Below, piece after piece: positions 30,624 through 40,179 of a DNA stretch of 64,000 bases. Numbering within the stretch: the stretch's first letter is position 1; each line of letters starts with the position of its first letter. The position numbers and the translations under genes are program-made. Source of the DNA: Minisyncoccota bacterium (GTDB lineage: Bacteria; Patescibacteriota; Minisyncoccia; Phycocordibacterales; UBA5272); assembly GCA_046350775.1 (NCBI GenBank), contig JAXLZS010000001.1, positions 90,441 to 154,440 of the forward strand, in the 5' to 3' direction. The notes beneath the pieces are model-generated. The model was not told where the DNA came from and made no database searches. It worked only from the letters and a program-made list of their open reading frames with translations.

Positions 30624-30660
30624 GAATCCTCTGCGTCTCCCACGACAGAGGATTTTAGTT
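30624..30660 (+). terminator. Stem-loop terminator after the KAAKK gene.
   Basis: aatcctctg...cagaggatt followed by ttt. Confidence 0.5.
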
Positions 30661-30740
30661 TGTCTAATTTTTGCTATAATATAGGTATTATTAGTTAATT
30701 TATAGGATTTATAAATAAAGCATTAAAATATAAACAATTT

Positions 30741-31097
30741 ATGAATATAAAAGTAAAAGGTGGTGAAATTGAAATAACAGAAGCTATTCGTGATTATGCG
30801 GAAAAGAAAATTGGTGAAGCTTTAGAAAAATTTAATAGTCAAAATTTGTCAGCAGAAGTTGAGCTCGGCAAGACTACTAGCCATCATCAACACGGTGATA
30901 TTTATAAGACTTCTGTCATCGTACATGGATCTCATAAAAATATCTTTGTTGATGTCATAAAAGATGATCTTTATGCATCTATCGATGAAGCTAAAGAAAA
31001 ATTAGAAAATAAATTGGCTGATGCGAAAGATAAAAAGAAAACAGTTTCTCATAAACTTGCTTTAAAATTTAAAAATCTATTTAAAAGAGATAATTAG
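30741..31097 (+). CDS. hpf: Ribosome hibernation promoting factor (HPF/RaiA).
   Basis: MNIKVKGGEIEITEAIRDYAEKKI resembles HPF. Confidence 0.8.
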   Translation: MNIKVKGGEIEITEAIRDYAEKKIGEALEKFNSQNLSAEVELGKTTSHHQHGDIYKTSVIVHGSHKNIFVDVIKDDLYASIDEAKEKLENKLADAKDKKKTVSHKLALKFKNLFKRDN

Positions 31098-31112
31098 AAT
31101 ATTTTTATTTAT

Positions 31113-31781
31113 ATGAAATTAAATTGGAAAAGTATTTTACTTATAATTTTAGTATTAATATTAATTGGTATAGGGATAATTTTTAGAAATAAAGGTGAAT
31201 ATGTACCGGATACGAGTGATAAAGGTATAGCAACTACTACAAATCAAGATATAAATTTAAAAAAAAATAATCAAAAAACTATGGACAATACAAACGAACA
31301 AAAAACTTACACAGAAGCTATACTTCACACAAGTATGGGAGACATATCTTTTGAATTTTCAAAAGACAAACCTCTTACAACTGCTAATTTTCAAAAACTT
31401 GCAGAAAGTGGATTTTATGATGGTGTAAAATTTCACAGAGTTATAAAAGATTTTATGATTCAGACAGGGGATCCACTGTCAAAGGATGATACAAAAAAAG
31501 CATATTGGGGTACTGGTGGACCAGGATATAAATTCCAAGATGAATTAACAGGGGCTGAAAAATATACTATAGGTACAGTAGCTATGGCAAATAGTGGGCC
31601 AAATACAAACGGATCACAATTTTTTATCATGACCAGCAATATGGGATTGCCTCCTTCTTATACAGTATTTGGTAAGGTTGTAGCAGGTATTGATGTGGCT
31701 ATGAAAATCCAAGAAGTAGCGACAGATGCTAGTGATAAACCACTTTCTCCTGTCACTATAAATTCAGTAGATTTGAAATAA
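31113..31781 (+). CDS. Cyclophilin-type peptidyl-prolyl isomerase with an N-terminal TM anchor.
   Basis: HTSMGDISFEF...FHRVIKDFMIQTGDP...GSQFFI. Confidence 0.9.
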   Translation: MKLNWKSILLIILVLILIGIGIIFRNKGEYVPDTSDKGIATTTNQDINLKKNNQKTMDNTNEQKTYTEAILHTSMGDISFEFSKDKPLTTANFQKLAESGFYDGVKFHRVIKDFMIQTGDPLSKDDTKKAYWGTGGPGYKFQDELTGAEKYTIGTVAMANSGPNTNGSQFFIMTSNMGLPPSYTVFGKVVAGIDVAMKIQEVATDASDKPLSPVTINSVDLK

Positions 31782-31801
31782 AAAAGTAAAAAACTCAAAA
31801 T

Positions 31802-31840
31802 AAAAACTCTTGAGAATTTTCAAGAGTTTTTATTTTTATT
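31802..31840. terminator. Bidirectional intrinsic terminator.
   Basis: aaaactcttgagaattttcaagagttttt. Confidence 0.7.
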
Positions 31841-32723
31841 ATTTTGAGTATCCTTTTTCAAAATCTTGAAAAGACATCTCAGATTTTCCTTCTGGGATGA
31901 CTTTTTCTATTATATCTTTCGCCAATTTATTTTTTGCAAAATCTTTTGAGAGATTTATTTCTGTGACTTTCACTCTTATTTCTCTGTCTTTATGATTTAT
32001 AAAAAAGAAAAGTGGAATATGAGGTAGAAAAGCCTTAAATTTATTTTGTATCTCTTCTGCGTTGTCTTCTAATTTTATTTCTCCTTCCTTCTTTTCAAAT
32101 TTACGAGTAAAAGTAGCCAGATCGTGATCTTGCTCTATCAGCTTTATATTTCCTTCTAGATAATGTTCTAAGATCTGGATTAGCATTTCCACTCCTTCCG
32201 ACCCACATTTTCTTTCTAGTTTTTCATTGATATCTTCATCTAATATATTTATTTCTTTTTGTATTAATATTGGTCCGTGGTCGACTTCTTTGTCTAGCTT
32301 TATAATCGTGATACCTGTAGTATTGTCTCCATTTAGTAAAGCCGTCTGAATAGGCGATGGGCCTCGATATTTTGGCAGAAGTGATGGATGAATATTTAAT
32401 GATCCATGTGCTGGAATATTTAAAATGTTTTCTGAAAGTATTTTTGGATAGCTAGCTACTATAAATACATCAAACTTTTCAGAAAGTGGTGAATTTTCTA
32501 TTTCTAGATTTTTTAGAGTTTCCGGCTGCCAGATTTTTATATTTTTACTCTCACACCAAGTCTTTATTATAGAAGGGTGAATTTCCATGTGGCGACCTGA
32601 TTTTTTGTCTGGAGAAGTTATAACTAAAGACGGAATAAATCCATTTTGATACAAATTATAAAGCGAACTTTCAGCCAGCGGACCACTACCAAAAAAAGCG
32701 AATTTAATATTTTTATTTTGCAT
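31839..32723 (-). CDS. fmt: Methionyl-tRNA formyltransferase.
   Basis: FFGSG...HPSLLPKYRGPSPIQ. Confidence 0.9.
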   Translation of the reverse strand: MQNKNIKFAFFGSGPLAESSLYNLYQNGFIPSLVITSPDKKSGRHMEIHPSIIKTWCESKNIKIWQPETLKNLEIENSPLSEKFDVFIVASYPKILSENILNIPAHGSLNIHPSLLPKYRGPSPIQTALLNGDNTTGITIIKLDKEVDHGPILIQKEINILDEDINEKLERKCGSEGVEMLIQILEHYLEGNIKLIEQDHDLATFTRKFEKKEGEIKLEDNAEEIQNKFKAFLPHIPLFFFINHKDREIRVKVTEINLSKDFAKNKLAKDIIEKVIPEGKSEMSFQDFEKGYSK

Positions 32724-33261
32724 GTTTTTCTATTTCTATTTCTTGAATATTTTCTGCGTGATCTATAAAAAGTATTCCCTCAAGATGATCACATTCATGT
32801 TGAAAGATTTGAGATATGAGTCCTGATGCTCCGAAAGAAAATTTATTTCCTACAAAGTCTTGCGCCTCGATAGTCACGCTAGCATGACGCTCAGTAGTCC
32901 CGTAGAGAGGTCTGACAGATAGACACCCTTCGTCTGCGAGCATTGTTTTTTTGCTGGCTTTTGTGATTTTTGGATTAATAAATATTAAGGGTTTCCATTT
33001 TGCATCTTTATTTGCTACAGAATAAGCGGATTCTTTTACTAGAAATATTTTTTTAGAAATGCCAATTTGTGGAGCGGCGATAGCTACACCATCATCTTCT
33101 TTATTCATAGCTTCACGCATATCGTCTATGATTTTTTTTAGTTCCGGTGTGCCAAATTCTCTTTTCAAGACTTCTTTAGCTTCCATTCTCAAAACACTCT
33201 TTTCGTCGAGTTTTTGCTCTTTTTCTTCCTTTTTCCAATCAATTTGGACTATTTTGACCAT
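32713..33261 (-). CDS. def: Peptide deformylase.
   Basis: GVAIAAPQIG, EGCLS and HECDHLEG motifs. Confidence 0.9.
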   Translation of the reverse strand: MVKIVQIDWKKEEKEQKLDEKSVLRMEAKEVLKREFGTPELKKIIDDMREAMNKEDDGVAIAAPQIGISKKIFLVKESAYSVANKDAKWKPLIFINPKITKASKKTMLADEGCLSVRPLYGTTERHASVTIEAQDFVGNKFSFGASGLISQIFQHECDHLEGILFIDHAENIQEIEIEKHAK

Positions 33262-33317
33262 ATATTTAAATGCTCATTTATGAATTGATTTTAACATATT
33301 AGTTTTTCTAAACATAC

Positions 33318-33346
33318 TTGACAATACGCCTTAAATAAATTATCAT
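33318..33346 (+). promoter_or_regulatory. Sigma70-like promoter, TTGACA-17 nt-TATCAT.
   Basis: Exact -35 hexamer at 33318, 17-nt spacer, and 5/6 -10 hexamer at 33341. Confidence 0.5.
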
Positions 33347-33371
33347 ATTTTCAGTATTAAAAAATAGTATA

Positions 33372-33617
33372 TTGTTTAATCTCAAAAAGGGTGACAGAGT
33401 AACAAGAAGTGAAAATCACCCACACTACAAAAGATATAAAGGATTGGTTGGAACCGTTGTCGAAATTATTAAAATTAAAGGTTCTAGGACTCGTTATAAG
33501 ATTAAATGGGATAAAAAATCTGGGAAATGGATACCCAATCTTTTTGGAACATTTTATCCTGATAAGGGTCAACAACATTCGACTCTTTTACCAAAATATC
33601 TTTTGAGAGTGAACTGA
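33372..33617 (+). CDS. Small Lys-rich hypothetical protein (81 aa) with a TTG start.
   Basis: Protein-like ORF that begins 25 nt downstream of the promoter; no in-frame ATG. Confidence 0.35.
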   Translation: MFNLKKGDRVTRSENHPHYKRYKGLVGTVVEIIKIKGSRTRYKIKWDKKSGKWIPNLFGTFYPDKGQQHSTLLPKYLLRVN

Positions 33618-33620
33618 TTC

Positions 33621-35681
33621 TTAATAAACACTTTGCGGATTGATTTCCAGACGGAAGTCAGACAGTAAGGTGTTTATTTTTTTTGCTAAATTTGTCGGAT
33701 ATATAATATTTTCTTTTTCAAATTCCCAATATTCTTTTTTTAGCATAAACATACCAACATAGCTTTTAGAAATATTTTCTTTCCACCAGACTATTTTATT
33801 TTTTTCTACTTTTTCTTCCTTGAATATTCTATCGAGCAGATTTTCTATATCATTTTTAAGTTTCAATTCTTTTTCCGATAATTTAAACTTTATAATATTT
33901 ACAAACGGTGGAAGTGATAATTCTTCTCGAGTTTTTATTTCATCTTCTAAAAATTTCTTATAATCATTTTCTTTTATATATTTCCAAATATTATTTTCTG
34001 GCAGCCTGGTTTCTATCAAAATTTTTTCTTTAGTTTTACATTTTTCTTTTATCTCTAAAATCAGATTTATTATTTTTTCATCAATGTTTATTTCTGGAAT
34101 TGAAAATAGTGTGTCTATAGAAATAATGGCAGCAAAATCTATTTTTAAATTTTGATCAAAAGAGGCGAGGGCCAGGTCTGTACCTATTAAGATAGAAAGT
34201 TTTTCTTCTTGCCAAGCTTTTATAGTATCATTTATTTTTTTCTTAGTGTTTGCATTTTTAGAGTCGAGTAAAAAAGTTTTCCATTCTATTTCTTTTAGAT
34301 TATTTTCTATACCTTCTACTCCGATACCAATAGTCTCCATTCTCCAGCTAGCACAATTTTTACAAATTAGATTTTCATCTTTTTTTAATTCTTTTTTTGT
34401 TTTGCAGTTAGTACACACATATTCTCTGTGATTGTCATTTTTTTTAAATAAAATGAGAGGTTTATCACAAGTCTCGCATTTCAATATTGTATTACAATCT
34501 TGGCAGATAGTCTCTGTGTAAAGTCCTTTTCTTTTTGTGTATAAAAAGATTTTTCCTTCTTTTTTATTTTTAAACTCTTCGAGTTTTTCAATTAATTCTT
34601 CCGCAAAATATACTTTGCTGTATTTAGGGTTTTTGCTTTCTGATATTCTTTTTATCCTATTTTCTAGATCTTCTTTTTTTTGCTTATTTTTACTTATATC
34701 TATTATCTTAAAATTTTCAGTTTTTTTATTATCTCTTTCCAAGAGATTTTTCTTTTGGATATTTTTAAAAGTTTCTAAAGAAATTATCTCTCCAGCAGAT
34801 ATTGTCTCCAGCTCTAAATCTTTTGATGTATTTTGTATTATTTTTCTACTATCTATTTGTCTTTTAGCGCTATGTGAAAAATAATTGTATGAATTTTCTT
34901 TTTCAATTATCACGGTTTTTAAATTTATCTTATCTTTTAAAATGAAAGGCAAAAGTGATGGAGTCGATAAAATCAAGACAGTATTCTCCTTTTTTAATTT
35001 ATTGATATTTTTTTCTTGATCTTTTTTTGTCTGTCCAGAATGAAAATATGTTAAAGATTCAGAAAAATCTTTTTCTAAAATTTTTCTCATATTTTCTAAA
35101 TCATTAATAGTTGGCAAAAATATTACGAGTGATCTTTTTTCTTTTAATAATTTTCCTATTTTTTCTTTATAAAAATCTATGCGCAAATCAATTGGTAATA
35201 TTATCCCTTGATTTTTGTGGATATTTTTTTTAATTTCAGAGTCTGAATTATTTATCAATAATAAATCTGATGAATCTATTAAAAATTTAGGTATAAAACC
35301 ATCTAAAATATCACTTTCTTTGACTCCGAGCAGTATTGAAATGTTCTTTATACTTGTCTCCAATTTTTCAGGAAGAAAATTATCCATGATTTTTCTTTCA
35401 ATTTTTTTCAAAATAAAATTCTGGGATTTTAAATCTATTTTTTTGTTTTTTGCTGGTATGACTTCAGAAATAATTCCAAAAATTTTTCTATTTCGGATTT
35501 TTATTTCTACGAGAGATCCTAACAGAATCTTGTCTTTTGAAAAATAGGAAAAATAATTTTCTGGCAATCCTGTAGCTATAGGTGTGACCTGTAATATATA
35601 CATATTTATATTAAAATTATATAACAAAAGAGTTAAATTAAAAATTTTAAGAACATTAGGATTTTTAATTGATTCTGTCAA
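33621..35681 (-). CDS. priA: Primosomal protein N' (PriA) homolog with degenerate ATPase motifs.
   Basis: N-terminal 3'BD-like segment, the CxxC...CxxC...CxxC...CxxC zinc-ribbon cluster (CQDCNT..CETCDK..CTNCKT..CKNCAS) and C-terminal LSLPPF. The Walker A GxGKT motif is not found. Sits in conserved priA-def-fmt order. Confidence 0.6.
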   Translation of the reverse strand: MTESIKNPNVLKIFNLTLLLYNFNINMYILQVTPIATGLPENYFSYFSKDKILLGSLVEIKIRNRKIFGIISEVIPAKNKKIDLKSQNFILKKIERKIMDNFLPEKLETSIKNISILLGVKESDILDGFIPKFLIDSSDLLLINNSDSEIKKNIHKNQGIILPIDLRIDFYKEKIGKLLKEKRSLVIFLPTINDLENMRKILEKDFSESLTYFHSGQTKKDQEKNINKLKKENTVLILSTPSLLPFILKDKINLKTVIIEKENSYNYFSHSAKRQIDSRKIIQNTSKDLELETISAGEIISLETFKNIQKKNLLERDNKKTENFKIIDISKNKQKKEDLENRIKRISESKNPKYSKVYFAEELIEKLEEFKNKKEGKIFLYTKRKGLYTETICQDCNTILKCETCDKPLILFKKNDNHREYVCTNCKTKKELKKDENLICKNCASWRMETIGIGVEGIENNLKEIEWKTFLLDSKNANTKKKINDTIKAWQEEKLSILIGTDLALASFDQNLKIDFAAIISIDTLFSIPEINIDEKIINLILEIKEKCKTKEKILIETRLPENNIWKYIKENDYKKFLEDEIKTREELSLPPFVNIIKFKLSEKELKLKNDIENLLDRIFKEEKVEKNKIVWWKENISKSYVGMFMLKKEYWEFEKENIIYPTNLAKKINTLLSDFRLEINPQSVY

Positions 35682-36156
35682 TAGAAAAAACTCTTATTTT
35701 TACTCGAAAATTTATTTTGACATAAAAAATATTTTCCGCTAGATTGCATTCGTATTTTGCTTTGGAGTATAATTTATACATAAAAATTTGTGAGTGAATG
35801 TGAATTTATTTTTATTTAAAAAAATATAATATTTAAAATATATGACACCTGACAAAGATATTAATAATGATCAAAATGTCGATTTACATTTTGTTACTGG
35901 TATAGAAAAAGAAAAGTTTCAAGATCCAAAAATTAGTCAATTTTTAAATATTTACAACATTATCACAAGTGCCGCTTTTAAATCTTCTGTGCAAAATAAA
36001 ATCAGCCAATCAGTCTAATTCTTAACATAAAATTTGCTGTGGATAAAATTTAGTTTTATATTTTTTGATATGCTAAACTAAACTAGTAATAAAAGCTCTT
36101 ACTTTAAGTATTTTAAGCATTATTAACAGATTAAAAATTAAATTTTATTTAAAAAT

Positions 36157-36471
36157 ATGGACTACGAAGACCAAGAAGATCAAGATTTAAATGTAAATAT
36201 AAAAAATATTTTACATAAATCTAAGTTGTCTTTTGATGAGACAAGAGCTTTTTTTGATGGATTGCAGTATTTACCGGTAGAAGATAAGAGGCAATTTATC
36301 GCTATGATAGAGCAAGATCCAGAATTAATTTATCCTCTCTATATAAATTTCAAAGCAAAGCTTACAGCTCTAGAAGAGGATACATCAGGTAGATCTTGGG
36401 ATCAGATTGTAGAGGACGAAATAAATCAGCTCGAGCAACATTTGAAAAATAAAGGAATGATAAACGATTAA
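36157..36471 (+). CDS. Hypothetical acidic protein.
   Basis: ORF only. Confidence 0.4.
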   Translation: MDYEDQEDQDLNVNIKNILHKSKLSFDETRAFFDGLQYLPVEDKRQFIAMIEQDPELIYPLYINFKAKLTALEEDTSGRSWDQIVEDEINQLEQHLKNKGMIND

Positions 36472-36475
36472 AAAT

Positions 36476-36670
36476 ATGGCACATTTGGCAAAAATTTTAC
36501 TTATAATTGGAGGACTAGAATTAGGTATACTTGGAGTAGGAAAATTGATTAATTCCGAAAAAGACTTAAACATTATAGAGCTGTTTCGCAATTTTCATCC
36601 TTTACTTCCTACAATTTTGTATTTATTGATAGGAGTTTCAGCTTTTGTTTTAATCTTTAAAAAAGATTAA
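36476..36670 (+). CDS. DUF378-like small membrane protein.
   Basis: AKILLIIGGLELGILGV. Confidence 0.5.
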   Translation: MAHLAKILLIIGGLELGILGVGKLINSEKDLNIIELFRNFHPLLPTILYLLIGVSAFVLIFKKD

Positions 36671-36674
36671 TTTT

Positions 36675-37391
36675 ATGATATTACCAGATATTTCAAAACT
36701 TGGTCAGCCAGCCAAGACCTTTGGTAGATTGATAATTCTTGCTATCTTGATAGCTATTTTTTATTTTTTTACTAATCAATTTAATTTGTATTTTGGATCT
36801 GATAATAATGAGATAATATCCAATTCCTCAAATCAAGATTTTTTAAAAAACTTAACTTTTGATTACAAAATAACAAAAGTAGTTGATGGGGATACTATCG
36901 ATATTGAAAGGGTCGATGGTGGTAAAGTCTTAGATGAGAAAGAGGTGATGAAAGTGAGGCTTTTAGGTATAAATTCTCCAGAAACTGTAGACCCTAGAAG
37001 ACCTGTAGAATGTTATGGTAAAGAGGCTAGCGGCTATTTAAAAAGTATTGCTGACGGTAAATTGGCAGCTATAGAGCTCGACAATACACAAACTGTACAT
37101 GATAAATATGGTAGGATTTTGGCTTATGTTTATATTAAAAGAGCTGGAATAAAGGATCAGAATATATTTATGCTAAATAGTGACATGATTAAAAATGGGT
37201 ATGCTTATGAATACACATACGATTTACCTTATAAATATCAAGATGAATTTAAATCTTTAGAATTAATTGCTAAAAATAATTATACAGGTCTCTGGGGGCT
37301 TAATACTTGCAACGGATTAAAGACCCCTGTAGCTCCTCCTGTAGATACTAGAGATGGAAATGTTTCGTATTATAATAATACTAACTCATAA
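36675..37391 (+). CDS. Staphylococcal/thermonuclease-like (SNase) nuclease with an N-terminal TM anchor.
   Basis: VVDGDTIDIER...VRLLGINSPE...ILAYVYI match SNase catalytic residues. Confidence 0.8.
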   Translation: MILPDISKLGQPAKTFGRLIILAILIAIFYFFTNQFNLYFGSDNNEIISNSSNQDFLKNLTFDYKITKVVDGDTIDIERVDGGKVLDEKEVMKVRLLGINSPETVDPRRPVECYGKEASGYLKSIADGKLAAIELDNTQTVHDKYGRILAYVYIKRAGIKDQNIFMLNSDMIKNGYAYEYTYDLPYKYQDEFKSLELIAKNNYTGLWGLNTCNGLKTPVAPPVDTRDGNVSYYNNTNS

Positions 37392-38148
37392 ATTTATGCA
37401 AGAATTTTTTAAGAAAATGTTTTTTACAGGATTAAAGATATTATTATTTATCTTTATTATATTAATAATATATTTTTTGATTAATTATTTTTTCCCTCAT
37501 ACTTTTGATAGATTTAGAACTCAAAATGTAGGAAGCGCATCTTCGACTGTAGTAGAAAATCAATCTTTTGGATACAGAATGTATAATCTATTTTTTAATA
37601 GTAAAAAATCCAATATTACTCAAAATCCTAGTAGTGGAGAAATCGTTAAAAGGAAATCTTTTTGGAGTGGCGACGGAGAAAATACTGTCTGGGGCGACAG
37701 TTCTTCTACTACTTGGGGAAGTAGTGTGAGCGATAATACTTGGGGAGGTGGCAGATCATATGATAAATTGTCTATCAGATCGGGAGTATTTATTTCTGCC
37801 AATACCGCCAAATCTCCAATACAAAAGATGTCTATCAATAACCTTTTAATAAATACTTACAATAAAAATATTTTAGTTGATGGAAGTATTATCACTGGCA
37901 ATATTTTTACAGGCTTTCAAAGTCAATATTATTTCAATCTAAATATCTATGATATAGATGGTAATTTTTTATTCTTTATACCTGTCAGCTCAGCAAAAGA
38001 TTTAAAAAATATAGACAACTCTACTTTTTATGGAGTCTACAATAAAAATTTTAATTATAAAAATTATCAAGGAGATGGGTATATGGCTATATATTCTGAC
38101 GATCCTAATGTTGAAGGTATAGTTTTAATAAAGATACTTATAAAGTAG
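37354..38148 (+). CDS. Hypothetical membrane-anchored protein with short Trp-Gly repeats (TVWGD, TTWGS, NTWGG).
   Basis: ORF with an N-terminal TM segment; overlaps the upstream gene by 38 nt. Confidence 0.4.
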   Translation: MEMFRIIIILTHKFMQEFFKKMFFTGLKILLFIFIILIIYFLINYFFPHTFDRFRTQNVGSASSTVVENQSFGYRMYNLFFNSKKSNITQNPSSGEIVKRKSFWSGDGENTVWGDSSSTTWGSSVSDNTWGGGRSYDKLSIRSGVFISANTAKSPIQKMSINNLLINTYNKNILVDGSIITGNIFTGFQSQYYFNLNIYDIDGNFLFFIPVSSAKDLKNIDNSTFYGVYNKNFNYKNYQGDGYMAIYSDDPNVEGIVLIKILIK

Positions 38149-38150
38149 AT

Positions 38151-38588
38151 TTATAATTCTTTTTTCATTAATTCTAATACTGATTCTAATTTTTCTTTAA
38201 GATCTTTTATTTGTTCTTCAATAAATATCATCTCTTTTGCTACATCTTCAGCGTGAGCCCCTCCTCCTGCGCGATCTCTTCTTTCGTGCTCATTCTCTAA
38301 TGTTTGATATTCTGATTCTAATGTTGCAATATTTTGCTCTAGCTTTATTTTTTCTTTAGATAATGTTTCAAATTTTTCATTTATATCATCAAAAATTTTA
38401 CATTCTTTTTCTAGACTTTCTATTGTCGTGTTTAAGTATTGATCAGAGTTATGCATCATTTTTTTTGCAGCTAAACTCAAGTCTTTAAATTCTATTTTTT
38501 TATCCCTATAGGTTTTTAATTCATTTAAGATATTTCTAACTTGTTCTTCCGTCAAAACTTCAGGCTTATGAGGTAATTTTTCTAACAT
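38151..38588 (-). CDS. Hypothetical coiled-coil protein.
   Basis: ORF only. Confidence 0.4.
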   Translation of the reverse strand: MLEKLPHKPEVLTEEQVRNILNELKTYRDKKIEFKDLSLAAKKMMHNSDQYLNTTIESLEKECKIFDDINEKFETLSKEKIKLEQNIATLESEYQTLENEHERRDRAGGGAHAEDVAKEMIFIEEQIKDLKEKLESVLELMKKEL

Positions 38589-38596
38589 AATCTGTT

Positions 38597-39043
38597 TTAC
38601 TTTACTAGTTCATCAATGACTTCTTTTACGAGATTTCCATCTACATTTGTGCCAAGTTCTTTCATCATCATACCCATAAATTGTCCTTTTTTAGTAGGAT
38701 CGATAGGCGATTCTGCTAATTTAGCTGAGACTTTAGCCACAACTTCTTCACGAGTCATCTGGGCTGGTAAAAATTCTTCTAAGATTTTCATCTCAGCCGT
38801 CTCATCTTCTGCGAGCTCTGGTCTGCCAGCATTAGTAAATTGATCAATAGAATCTTTTCTCTTTTTTACTTCTCTTTTAATAACTTTTAAAGCTTCTTCA
38901 TCGGTCAGAGTTTCGGTAGGCATTTTACTCATAGATACGAGCTCATTTGTAAAAGCTGCAGAGAGCATACGGAGTACTCCGAGTCTTTCCATATTTTTTT
39001 CCATCATGGCTTTTTTAATTTCTGCTTTTATTGTTTCTTGCAT
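38597..39043 (-). CDS. GatB/YqeY-domain protein.
   Basis: Resembles the YqeY family, e.g. GQFMGMMMKELG. Confidence 0.75.
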   Translation of the reverse strand: MQETIKAEIKKAMMEKNMERLGVLRMLSAAFTNELVSMSKMPTETLTDEEALKVIKREVKKRKDSIDQFTNAGRPELAEDETAEMKILEEFLPAQMTREEVVAKVSAKLAESPIDPTKKGQFMGMMMKELGTNVDGNLVKEVIDELVK

Positions 39044-39154
39044 AGATTTATATATTTTATTACTTTTTGATTATATCACAAATACTTTTCTTTATAAATT
39101 TCATATCTTATTTGACTAGATTTTAATTATATTTTGTGATATAATATTAATATT

Positions 39155-40177
39155 ATGTTAATCGATCATGTAAACTTAAAAGTAAAAGCTGGAGATGGAG
39201 GCACTGGAGTAGTCAGATGGAGAAGAGAAAAGCATATTGCTTTTGGAGGGCCAGCTGGGGGAGATGGAGGAAAAGGTGGAGACGTGTATTTTCGTGTTGT
39301 ACATGATATACACGCTTTAAATGATTATAAAAATAAAAAAGAGTGGGCGGCTGACAATGGAGAAGCTGGGAAAAAGAAAAGTATGTTTGGCGCTAATGCT
39401 GAAGATCTATATCTTAGAATACCTGTCGGATCTGTAGTTTATAATAAAACCTATAATATTAAGTATGAATGTGATAAAGAAGGTGAAGAAATTTTAGTAC
39501 TTCACGGTGGCAAAGGGGGTCTTGGAAATGAAAATTTTAAAACTAGTACCAATCGTGCTCCAGAAGAATTTACTAAAGGTGACAGAGGAGAAGATGCGGA
39601 ATTTGAAATAGAATTAAAACTGATAGCAGATGCTGGCTTTATAGGCCTCCCAAACGCCGGAAAAAGCTCTCTACTCAACGCTATCACCAATAGTACTGCA
39701 AAGATAGGTAATTATCCTTTTACTACTCTAGATCCAAATTTAGGAGCTTTCAGAAAATTTATTTTAGCTGATATTCCAGGGATAATTGAAGGCGCAAGTG
39801 AGGGGAAAGGTCTTGGTTTTAGATTTTTAAAACATATTTCTCGCACTAAAATATTATTTCATTTAGTGGCAGCTAGTGATAAAGATGTGAAAGAATCTTA
39901 TAAGACAATCAGAAACGAATTGAAATCGTATGACAAGAAGAATAAAGACAATGATCTTTTGATAGACAAAGATAATTTACTTGAAAATAAAAAAGAGATA
40001 TTGGTTTTATCTAAAGTAGACGAGGTGACAGATAAAAAAGAGCTTGATAAAAAGATTTCTGATCTTGTAAAAGTTTCAAAGCAGAAAAAAGAAGATATTA
40101 TTTTACTTTCTCTTTACGATGATAAATCTGTAAAAGAATTTGAAAAACATTTGGAAAAAGTTTTAAAAAATAGATAA
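39155..40177 (+). CDS. obg: GTPase Obg.
   Basis: Obg fold with GDGG repeats plus the G domain FIGLPNAGKSSLL. Confidence 0.9.
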   Translation: MLIDHVNLKVKAGDGGTGVVRWRREKHIAFGGPAGGDGGKGGDVYFRVVHDIHALNDYKNKKEWAADNGEAGKKKSMFGANAEDLYLRIPVGSVVYNKTYNIKYECDKEGEEILVLHGGKGGLGNENFKTSTNRAPEEFTKGDRGEDAEFEIELKLIADAGFIGLPNAGKSSLLNAITNSTAKIGNYPFTTLDPNLGAFRKFILADIPGIIEGASEGKGLGFRFLKHISRTKILFHLVAASDKDVKESYKTIRNELKSYDKKNKDNDLLIDKDNLLENKKEILVLSKVDEVTDKKELDKKISDLVKVSKQKKEDIILLSLYDDKSVKEFEKHLEKVLKNR

Positions 40178-40179
40178 AA

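Noticed and set aside
33357-33578. Minus-strand 73-aa ORF and the nested plus-strand ORF 33409-33606.
   Set aside because: The plus-strand frame starting at 33372, which has a promoter immediately upstream, looks protein-like. These alternatives are low-complexity.
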